From an uncultured Solibacteraceae bacterium (GTDB taxonomy: Bacteria > Acidobacteriota > Terriglobia > Bryobacterales > Bryobacteraceae): a stretch of DNA of 31,228 bases. This document shows, piece by piece, positions 17,591-27,400 of the stretch. The stretch covers positions 1-31,228 of the forward strand of contig CAZARO010000001.1 of assembly GCA_964487165.1 (NCBI GenBank), in the 5' to 3' direction. The translations under genes and the position numbers were made by a program. Numbering within the stretch: the first letter of the stretch is position 1; each line of letters opens with the position of its first letter. The notes beneath the pieces are model-generated. The model was not told where the DNA came from, ran no database searches, and worked only from the letters and a program-made list of their open reading frames with translations.

Positions 17591-19270
17591 GTGAAAACGG
17601 AACGCCAGGTGCACGACACTGGCCGAAAGGTAATGGCTTATGTCGACTGCGAAGCCGTCGCCAGTGGAACCGAAGGGGCTTGCTCTTCTTTACCCGGACC
17701 CGCTGAACGCCCCGCAACAGGGCCTTGGGGTCCACGAGTGAGCGGTAACGGCAATTCCAGCGCTGTCCCGCCCTTTCCGCAAGATTATCGGGCATCCGGT
17801 CTTCTGTTGCATGTTACATCCCTGCCTTCACCCTACGGCGTGGGCGATCTCGGACCGGCGGCATTCGCGTGGATCGATCGCTTGCACGACGCCGGCCAAC
17901 GATGGTGGCAGGGGCTGCCGATCGGTCCGACCGGATACGGGAACTCGCCGTATCAGGCGCTGTCATCGTTCGCCGGCAACAGCCTGCTAATCAGTCCTGC
18001 CGCGCTTGTTGCCGACAAATTCCTGCAGCAGGCCGACTGCGATTGTCACTTCCCGGCGGATGCAGTCGATTTTGACGGGGCGACTTCGTTGAAGCAGCGT
18101 CTGATCGCGAAAGCGTGGGAGAACTTCACTTCCGGCACTCGTCACGATCTGTGGCCGGCATACCAGAAGTTCTGCGAGGAGCAGTCGCATTGGCTCGATG
18201 ACTACGCGCTCTTTCGCGCGCTGAAAGACAAGTATCGGGGGGTCCGTTACCTGGATTGGCCGGCCGCACTTACCCGGCGCGAACAGAATTCGCTCACGCA
18301 AGCACGGCGTGAGTTGGCGATGCAAATCGACCAGGTTTGTTTTGCGCAGTTCCTGTTGTTCCGCCAAGCAGACAAGTTGAAAGAGTACGCTCATTCTCGT
18401 GGTGTCGGGCTGATTGGCGATTTGCCGTTTTTCGTCTCGCCCGATTCCGCGGACGTTTGGGCCAACCCGGAATTCTTCCTTCTGGACGAACAGCGCAAGC
18501 CGCGTGAGGTTGCCGGCGTTCCTCCCGACTATTTCAGCGCGCAGGGTCAATTGTGGGGAAATCCGGTCTACAACTGGGATGCTCTTCGCGCCACCGGATA
18601 CCGTTGGTGGATCGATCGCGCGCGTGCCTTGCTGGCGCATGTCGACGTGATTCGCCTGGATCACTTCCGAGGATTTTCTGCAGCGTGGCACGTACCGGCG
18701 GGATCGGCAACTGCGGAGTCCGGACAGTGGGTGCCGGGTCCGGGCGCGAATCTATTTTGTGCGGTGAAAGCCGAAATCGGCGGCTTACCGTTCATCGCCG
18801 AGGACCTGGGAACCATTACCGCCGATGTTCAACAATTGCGCGACCAGTTCCACGTTCCCGGCACGCGTGTCTTGCAATTTGCGTTCGACGGCCATCCGGA
18901 CAATCCGTACCTTCCGCCCAATTTTGTATCGAATGCCGTGGTCTACACGGGTACGCACGACAACGCTACTACGCGGCAATGGTACGAAGAGTTGCCCGAT
19001 GATCGAAAACAAATTCTTTGGAGCTATGCGAAGCGAAGTCCGGCCGATAGCGCAGAAGCTGCTCCGGAGCTGTTGCGTCTGGCGTGGACGTCCACTGCCG
19101 CCTTGGCGATTGCACCGTTGCAGGATCTGCTCAATCTGGGCCGCGGCGCCCGGATGAATGTCCCCGGCCATGCCGATGGCAACTGGCGCTGGCGTTGTCC
19201 GGAAGACTTGCTGTCCGGGCCGGCATTTCCGTGGCTGCGGGAGTTGACGGCAGCGTCTAAGCGTTCCTGA
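17591..19270 (+). CDS. malQ: 4-alpha-glucanotransferase (amylomaltase, GH77); true start uncertain (17591, 17633 or 17738)
   Basis: RASGLLLHVTSLPSPYGVGDLG, SPYQALSSFAG, IGDLPFFV, AGVPPDYFS..GQLWGNP, catalytic RLDHFRGF / IAEDLG / TGTHDN, and MNVPG...GNWRWR. Confidence 0.96.
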   Translation: MKTERQVHDTGRKVMAYVDCEAVASGTEGACSSLPGPAERPATGPWGPRVSGNGNSSAVPPFPQDYRASGLLLHVTSLPSPYGVGDLGPAAFAWIDRLHDAGQRWWQGLPIGPTGYGNSPYQALSSFAGNSLLISPAALVADKFLQQADCDCHFPADAVDFDGATSLKQRLIAKAWENFTSGTRHDLWPAYQKFCEEQSHWLDDYALFRALKDKYRGVRYLDWPAALTRREQNSLTQARRELAMQIDQVCFAQFLLFRQADKLKEYAHSRGVGLIGDLPFFVSPDSADVWANPEFFLLDEQRKPREVAGVPPDYFSAQGQLWGNPVYNWDALRATGYRWWIDRARALLAHVDVIRLDHFRGFSAAWHVPAGSATAESGQWVPGPGANLFCAVKAEIGGLPFIAEDLGTITADVQQLRDQFHVPGTRVLQFAFDGHPDNPYLPPNFVSNAVVYTGTHDNATTRQWYEELPDDRKQILWSYAKRSPADSAEAAPELLRLAWTSTAALAIAPLQDLLNLGRGARMNVPGHADGNWRWRCPEDLLSGPAFPWLRELTAASKRS

Positions 19271-19339
19271 TGATGCTGAATGTCACTTGCCGATGACGAG
19301 TCATTCCGGCTTGCCTGGAAACGGCGAGAATAGACTAAG

Positions 19340-21424
19340 ATGCCGTCTGTGAGACACACTCAACCAACCCGATCGTGGGGGAGCATTGAGGGCACGCCCT
19401 TACCCATGGGCGTCTCCTGGATCGAGACCGAGCAGGCCTTCAACTTCGCCCTTCATGCCGAGCATGCGGAGAGTGTCACGCTGCTGTTCTTTTCTGCGGC
19501 CGACCTGGTGAACCCCGTCGCGATCTTCCGCTTCGATTACCTCCACAACAAGTCGGGACGCATCTGGCACTGCCGCATGCCGGCCTCTCAGATCGGCGAG
19601 GCGCGCTACTACGGGTACTCCGTATCGGGGCAGGATCTGCCACAACTTCATACCTTCGATCAGCAGAAGGTGCTGCTGGATCCCTACGCCAGGGCCGTCT
19701 TCTTCCCACCCGATTTCGACCGGGAGGCAGCCATGCGCGAAGGCCCGAATGCAGGCCGGGCACCCCTGGGGGTGCTGAATGCCTACCGGAAAGGCTTCGA
19801 TTGGGCCGAAGACCGCGCGCCCCATCATGAGTCGGACGCTATCGTCTATGAGTTGCACGTGAGAGGATTTACCAAGAATTCCAATTCCGGAATCGATCCG
19901 GCGCGTGCGGGAACCTACGCCGGTCTGGCCGAGAAGATCCCGTATCTCAAGGAACTCGGAATCACGGCTGTCGAACTGATGCCGGTGTTTCAGCGGGACC
20001 CGCAGGAGGGCGATTACTGGGGCTACATGCCGCTGAACTTCTTCGCACCGCATGCGCAATACGCCAGCACACAGGGCAACGACGCGCAGCACCAGGAATT
20101 CAAGGAGATGGTGAAGGCGTTTCACAAGGCCGGGATCGCCGTGATCCTGGACGTTGTCTACAACCACACCTGCGAAGGCGATCACCGCGGCCCGATTTAC
20201 AGTTTCAAGGGGCTGGACGCCGCCACATACTACATGCTTTCCGGCGACCCGGCCAGCCCGTACGCCAATTACTCCGGCACCGGAAACACACTGAATTTCG
20301 GCCAGGGCCACGTACGCAAGATGGTGATGGATAGCCTGCGCTATTGGAAGCGGGAGATGCACGTGGATGGATTCCGCTTCGACCTGGCCTCTGTGTTCAG
20401 CCGCAACGCGGATGGCTCCCTCAACTGGGGAGATGCCCCCATCTTCAGCGAAATCGCCGCCGATCCGGAGTTGGGCCGCGTGCGCCTGATTGCGGAGCCC
20501 TGGGACACGGCAGCCTATCAGTTGGGCCGGGGATTCCCGGGCCTGACGTGGCTCCAGTGGAACGGCAGGTTTCGCGACGATATCCGCCGCTTCGTCAAAG
20601 GCGACCCGGGAATGGTCCCCGACCTTATGCGGCGAATCTATGGCAGTGACGACTTCTTCCCCGATGACCGCGCCGGCGCCTATCATGCTTACCAGAGCGT
20701 CAACTACATCGTCTCTCACGATGGCTTCACTCTGTATGATCTGGTTTCCTTCAATCTGAAGAGGAATTCGGCCAACGGCCACGAAAACCGGGACGGCATG
20801 GATGACAACTTCAGTTGGAACTGCGGTTACGAAGGGGTTGAAAGCGTACCGCCCGAGGTGATGGCGCTGCGGCGCAGGCAGGTAAAGAACTTTTGTTGCC
20901 TGCTCTTCCTCTCCAACGGTACCCCGATGTTTCGAGCCGGGGACGAATTCCTGAATACCCAATTCGGCAATAACAATCCTTACAACCAGGACAACGGGAT
21001 CAGTTGGCTGGATTGGGACCAGCTCCGCGAGAACCAGGACATGTTTCGCTTCTTCCAGAAAATGATTGCCTTTCGGAAGGCGCACGCCAGCCTCGCCCGG
21101 AGCCGATTCTGGCGGGAAGATGTTTCCTGGTACGGGACTGGCCCGGCTGCCGACCTCTCCCAGGATTCCCATAGCGTGGCATTTTGCCTTCATGGCGCTT
21201 CCCAGGCGGACGACGACCTCTATGTCATGATCAATGCCTACTGGGAACCCGTGACCTTCGGCCTGCAAGAGGGAGCGCCCCACGAGTGGAAGAGGATAGT
21301 GGACACCGCCTTGCCCAGTCCGCAGGACTTCGCGGAGGGCGGCGTGGCCTTCGAAGACATGGCGTATGCCGTCGCGCCGCGATCCATTGTTGTTTTACTG
21401 CGTCCGTGCCGTTCGACGCAATAG
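19340..21424 (+). CDS. glgX: Glycogen debranching enzyme / isoamylase (GH13_11, CBM48 N-terminus)
   Basis: LLDPYARAV, VYELHVRGFT, GITAVELMPV, YWGYMPLNFFAP, VILDVVYNHT, YSGTGNT, catalytic DGFRFDLA / IAEPWD / VSHDGFTL, and AGDEF..TQ.GNNNPYNQDN. Confidence 0.93.
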   Translation: MPSVRHTQPTRSWGSIEGTPLPMGVSWIETEQAFNFALHAEHAESVTLLFFSAADLVNPVAIFRFDYLHNKSGRIWHCRMPASQIGEARYYGYSVSGQDLPQLHTFDQQKVLLDPYARAVFFPPDFDREAAMREGPNAGRAPLGVLNAYRKGFDWAEDRAPHHESDAIVYELHVRGFTKNSNSGIDPARAGTYAGLAEKIPYLKELGITAVELMPVFQRDPQEGDYWGYMPLNFFAPHAQYASTQGNDAQHQEFKEMVKAFHKAGIAVILDVVYNHTCEGDHRGPIYSFKGLDAATYYMLSGDPASPYANYSGTGNTLNFGQGHVRKMVMDSLRYWKREMHVDGFRFDLASVFSRNADGSLNWGDAPIFSEIAADPELGRVRLIAEPWDTAAYQLGRGFPGLTWLQWNGRFRDDIRRFVKGDPGMVPDLMRRIYGSDDFFPDDRAGAYHAYQSVNYIVSHDGFTLYDLVSFNLKRNSANGHENRDGMDDNFSWNCGYEGVESVPPEVMALRRRQVKNFCCLLFLSNGTPMFRAGDEFLNTQFGNNNPYNQDNGISWLDWDQLRENQDMFRFFQKMIAFRKAHASLARSRFWREDVSWYGTGPAADLSQDSHSVAFCLHGASQADDDLYVMINAYWEPVTFGLQEGAPHEWKRIVDTALPSPQDFAEGGVAFEDMAYAVAPRSIVVLLRPCRSTQ

Positions 21425-21458
21425 TCCGGATCGGAATCCAAATGAATCGCCTCTCAAA

Positions 21459-24400
21459 CTACCAACCGATCGCTACCAGCAGCGTCTCCGGATTCTGGCA
21501 TGAGACATCGCTCGAATAGCCGCCGGCATCGTTATAGGGGAACGCATATTGCTGGCCATTGATGGCGATGGATGAAATGAATTGCGCGTAATGGTCATAG
21601 GGTTCCGTCTGGAAGAAATACGCGGGGTTCCCCCAGATACCTTGCGAGACCAGCGTACCGTTCGGATTGAACGTTCCGGGGCCGGCTGCGTGCCGGTAGA
21701 TAGCGGCGGAAAGATCGGGATAGGAACCCAGGCCCGATCCGTTCGCGCCCGCTTCCGGTATCGTCAGGCCGTTGGTTGACCAGACTTGGCTGATATAGGC
21801 GTTGTAATAGTTGGCGTACGGCCCGCCGGCGTTGAATCCGCCCGTACCAGGTTCGACGATCCGGTAAGGAGCATAGGGCGGTTGAGCTTCGGCCTGAAAA
21901 TCCGCCGGAACCTGGTTCAGATAGCGCGCGAACGTGGTCGCGCGGCTCTCGGCGAACGTCTCGGCATTTTCACCGACAGCCACATCGGTCCCGTCTCCAC
22001 AGGTCAGCCGCGCGGCCAGCTTGATGCCCAGCGCGTCCACTCGCGTGGTGTCGAAGTTGATCGACGTCGGCCCGATGGTGTACTCGATAAAGTCGTAGTA
22101 GTTGGTGCTGCCCTGGCCTACTGAGCCCAGATAGAAGTACATGCGTCCGGCGGAGTTCGCGGGCATATCGAACGTCGGCTGTGCCGCGATCGAGTTCGTG
22201 GTGGTGGTGCCGTTCAGGTTCACACTCCAGAAGACCTGGCCGTCCGCATAGACGCCGTTGGTGCGGTTCAGGAACTTGAACATCATCACGTTCTGCGCGG
22301 GAGGGACGTTGCTGGAATCCCAGAAGGGCGGATTCGATCCCAGAGGCGCGGTGGCAGCGCTTACTATAGGGGAAGCCAGCGAGGTACCGGAGGAATTACT
22401 CGCCTCGACTACGTAGTAGTAAGTCGTACTTGCGTTGGCCAGTACGTCCTGGAACATGTTGGCTTTGGTGGTGCCGATCTGATTGCTGCTCGCGGGTGCG
22501 AAGCCTGGGGTCGTTGCTCGGTAGACGCGATACGTCACAACGGCCGTCCCGGAGCTGGTGGCGGTGCTGGCATTCCAGCTCAGGTCGATTTCGTTGGCTG
22601 ACGCCGCTGTCGCCGTCAGGCCGGTCAACTCTGCGGGAGTGCCGGCCGTGGAGACGCCAAGCGTGGTAACCCCAACCGGGCCCGCAGGGGTCGATGTTAC
22701 CCCAGAGGCGTTGATCGCTTCCACCAGGTAGTAGTAGGTGGTGGAAGCTTCGAGCGGCGCGGCGCCGCCGTTGTCCGCAAAGTAAGTCATCGACCAAGTG
22801 GTGCAGACCTGGTAGGGGCTGCTCGCGGCGGTGAGGTTCGAAGACTGCGAGGCTGTGCACACCAGGTTCGAGGTGCCGGGCGTAAAGTTCGGGGTGGTGC
22901 TGCGGAATACCAGGTAGTTCACTCCCGCGGTCGGGCTCGCGGCCCAGTTCAAATAGGTCTGGGAACTGGTGGATGCCACCGCCGTCAAAGACGTCGGCGC
23001 CGCTACCGGGCCTCCTGTCCCACCCGTATTGATCGTGTAAGCTGCCGAGGCCACTGCGCTGTTGGTGTAGCCAGGCGCCACCGCGATCGCCTGGATGGTT
23101 TCGTTCGAGCTCACCGCGATCGCTGAGCTATAGACGGCTGACGACGTGGTCGGCGTCGAGCCGTTGGTAGTGTAGTAGATGGTTGCGCCCGTCGTGGTAT
23201 CGCTGAGCGCGACACTCTGTGCGGATGTATAGGTTCCTGCTGGAGGCGTGAAACTGGGAGCCGCGGCAACGGGCGGTGGCGGAGGCGTCGTGCTCAAAGA
23301 TTGCACCTCGATGCCCGCGATCTCCGCGTTGTCCTTGACGGTAGCGAGTGCAATCACAATCTGGCCGGATGCATTGGCCGTCACCGCGAATTGCTCCACC
23401 ACTGCTTTGTCGGGCCCGCCGGCAGCCTGGATGATATCGAAGTTAGTCAGCACCTGCGTGCCGTTGATGGTCACGTTGAACACGCGCTGCCCCACTTGCG
23501 TCCAGTAGTATTCGCTGAAGTGCAGCCGCACCGTATAACTCACTCCCGCTGTGAACCCGGGGATGGTGTAAGTGAAGTTGCCGAAGCGCTGTGTCTGGTA
23601 CACTGCTTCCGGCGCTGGATTGGTGACGCCGGCGGTACTGATGGTCGCGGTGTTGTTGGACGTAGAGCCGCCGGTGAAATATTCATCGGCCACAAAGTTC
23701 CCCACCGCGCCGCCGCCGGCGTGGATCGCGATCACGTCGGTAGAAGTTCCGGTGGCCGCGCTCTGGGTGGTAGCGCTGGCCTGTGCCGAAGGCGTCGACG
23801 CCCCCGCCGAACTGCTGGCTTCCACTACGTAGTAGTAAGTAGTGGCAGCGGTCAAGCCGGTATCGGCATAGTTCGTGCCATTGGTGCTGGCGATCTGATT
23901 CGTGCTGGCAGGCGTAAAGCCCGAAGTGGTGCTTCGAAACACCAGGTAGCCGGCGCCGCTGGTCGCGCTGGCGGTCCAGCTCAGGTTGATCTGGCTGGTG
24001 GAGGCCGGCGTAGCCGTCAGCCCGGCGGGCGCTGCCGGCGGCGGTGTGGATTGGGAGCTGGCCTGCTCGATCTCGATGCCATTGATCTCCGCGTTGTCCT
24101 TCACCGTAGCGAACTGAATCACGATCTGGCCGGAACTGTTCGCCGTCACCGGGAACTGCTCCACCACCGCCTGTTCGGGCTTGCCGGCGGCCTGAATGAT
24201 GTCGAAGTTAGTGAGCACCTGCGTACTGTTGATGGTGACGTTGAATACGCGCTGCCCCACTTGCGTCCAGTAATACTCGTCGAAATGCAAGCGGACGGTG
24301 TAACTGCCACCGGCCGTGAATCCCGGAATCGTGTAGCTGAAATTGCCGAAGCGCTGCGTCTGGTACACAGCTTCCGGAGCGGGATTCGTTACCCCCGCCG

Positions 24401-27400
24401 TGCTGATGGTCGCGGTGTTGGCCGATGTAGAACCGCCGTTGTAATACTCATCGGCGACATAACTACCGACAGTTCCGCCGCCGGCGTGAATATCCAGCAC
24501 ATCCCTGGAAGTGCCGGTGGACGCGCTCGGAGTAGTGGCGCTCGCCTGCGCCGAGGGCGCCGAGGCACCTGCCGAATCGCTGGCTTCCACCACGTAATAA
24601 TAAGTCGTGGACGCTGTCAGGCCGGTATCCGCGTAGGTCGTGGTGTTCGTGCTGGTGATCTGATTCGTGCTGGAAGGCGTGAAGCCTGAAGTCGTGCTCC
24701 GGAACACCAGGTAGCCGGCGCCGCTGGTCGCGCTGGCGGTCCAGCTCAAGTTGATCTGGCTGGGCGAGCCCGCGGCCGCAGTCAGGCCCGTGGGCGCGGC
24801 TGGCGGCACTACCGATTGTCCGCCCCCTTGCTCGATCTCGATGCCATTGATCTCCGCGTTATCTTTCACCGTGGCGAATTGAATCGCGATCTGGCCGGAA
24901 GCATTGGCTGTCACCGGGAACTGCTCCACCACCGCCTTGTCCGGCCCGCCCGCGGCCTGGATGATGTCGAAGTTGCTGAGCACCTGCGTGCCGTTGATGG
25001 TGACATTGAACACGCGCTGCCCTACTTGCGTCCAATAGTACTCGGCGAAGTGCAGCCGCACTGTGTAGCTGCCGCCCGCTGTGAACCCGGGAATAGTGTA
25101 AGTGAAGTTACCGAAACGCTGCGATTGGTAAACAGCTTGCGGCGCTGGATTCGTCACGCCCGCCGTGCTGATGGTCGAGGTCGTGTTTGAGGTAGACCCG
25201 CCGTTGTAGTATTCGTCGGCGGCGTAACTTCCTACCGCTCCTCCGCCGGCGTGAATGTCCAGCACATCGGTGGAACTGCCGGTGGCTGCGCTCTGGGTGG
25301 TGGCGCTTGCCTGCGCGGAAGGCGCGGAAGCGCCGCTCGAATCCACTGCTTCCACCACATAGTAGTAAGTAGTGGCAGCCGTCAACCCGCTATCCGAGTA
25401 TGTGGCCGTGGTTTGGCCGGACACCACCTGATTGCTTGCGGCCGGAACAAATCCCGCGGTTGTGCCGCGGAAGACGCTGTAGCTCACCGAACAAGGCGTG
25501 CCGGCTGTACTCGCTCCCCAAGCGAGAGCGATCTGGCTGAAGGATGTCGCTGTCGCAGACAGACTTCCCGGTACGGAGGGAGCCGCGGCGCAGGTGGCGG
25601 TCGTCACCGTGAGCAATACCGAGTTACTCAGTACGCTTCCACCGGCGTTGGTCACTCCCACGCTGAACTGCGCCCCGTTGTCGGTAGCGGCAGTCGCCGG
25701 CGTCGTGTAACTGCTGGCGGTCGCGCCGGTAATAGCTGTCCCGTTTCTGTACCACTGGTAAGTAAGAGTTCCCGGGCCGTTGGCGGCCACCGTAAAGCTG
25801 GCGGTCTGCCCCGCCGCGACGGTCTGCGGAGCGGGCTGCGTGGCGATCGTGGGAGGCATAATCGACGCTCCCGTGTCGCACACCACTCCGCCGGGGAAGT
25901 TATTGGCAACCTGCCAGCTCGATTGTCCCGCATAGGTGACGAAAGCGGCGTTGTTGCTGTCCGCAGGATCGGGGGTTGAGGTCCAGGTGCTCCAGGGCTG
26001 GGGGAATGCGCAGGAGGCCGAGTTAGTTCCGCTGATGCCGAGCGCTTCCGCTTGTGTCGGCAGCCGCATGCTCTGGCTGCTGCAATACGCTTGCGCAATC
26101 GGTTGAGTGTATTGCGCTCCCTGGCTATTCGCACCGGTGTAAGTGTTTTCCGCCCGCTGCCACGTCAGGCCGCTGACGTTGTCGCGCACTGTTGAGGAAC
26201 TCAGGATGGTATAACGCTCCGTGGCGCCGCCGCACTGGGGCACGTTGTAAACCTGCATTTCGTATAACGAATATCCGTACTGGGTGGCGCGCTGTTGGCC
26301 GTACATGCGGACATAGCGGCCATGCACCGTCGGAAAGGTAAGATTCTCTACTCCGCCTGCGCCGTCGCTGTTGCTATAAGCGAAGTTCCAATTAGTGTTG
26401 TCGGTGGAGTATTGAATCTGGTATTGCGTGGCGTATGCATTCTCCCAGTAGAGAATCACGTTGTCAAAGGGTTGAACCGAACCGAGGTCGATTTCCACCC
26501 AGGACGGGTCCACGCCGATCGCGGAGCCCCAGCGAGTAGTCAGGTTCCCGTCGTTGATATAGTTTGGCGTCAGTCCGCCGTTCTGCGAGGAACTGGCGGT
26601 GGCCGGCTGATTGAGAGCCAGGTTGACGCCCGGAGGAGCGATGGTCAACGTGGTCACATTGCTGGTGACGTTGCCCGCAGCGTTCGTCACTACCACGGTA
26701 TAGTTGCCGGCATTAGTCTGCTGGACTTGGAAGATACTATAAGACGCGGCGTTAGCACCAAGAAGGTTGACGCCGTTCAGTTGCCATTGATAGGTGAAGG
26801 GGGCAGAGCCGGAGACTCCGACCGTAAATGTTGCCGGGTCGTTCGCCAGTACGGAGAGACTTACCGGCTGTTGTGTGATTCCTGGCGCGACCGCGGCGGC
26901 TACCGTCAGCACCGCGGCCGTGGAAGTCACCGAATTGACCGGATTGGTAATGGTGACCACATAACTGTCGCCATTATTGCCCGCCGCCAATTCGGGAGTG
27001 GCATAAGTGGAGGCTGTGGCGCCACCGATAGAGGTGCCGTTTCTGTACCACTGGTAGGTGAGTACCGGCGAGCCGGTGGCGGCGACCGACAACTGCGCTG
27101 TCTGCCCGACATACACCGTCTGGCTAGCCGGCTGGGTGGTAATCGCCACGGCAGCCGGCAGATCTACCGTAAGCGTGGCGGCAGTCGATGTGGCCGAGCC
27201 CAGGCCATTACTCACGGTCATGGTAAAAGCGCTGTTATTGTCGCTGGAAGCCGTCGGGAGAGTTGTATAGCTCGCACCGGTGGCGCCAGTGATCGCACTG
27301 CCGTTCTTGTACCACTGGAATGTCAGGGGCGCGGTGCCGGTCGCGGTAACCGTGAAAGTCGCCGGCTGGCCCGCTGTTACGGCGGTGTTCACCGGCGGCA

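Noticed and set aside
19400-21283. 627-aa minus-strand ORF antisense to glgX
   Set aside because: Shadow ORF caused by high third-position GC of glgX. No motifs, and it fully overlaps a well-supported gene.
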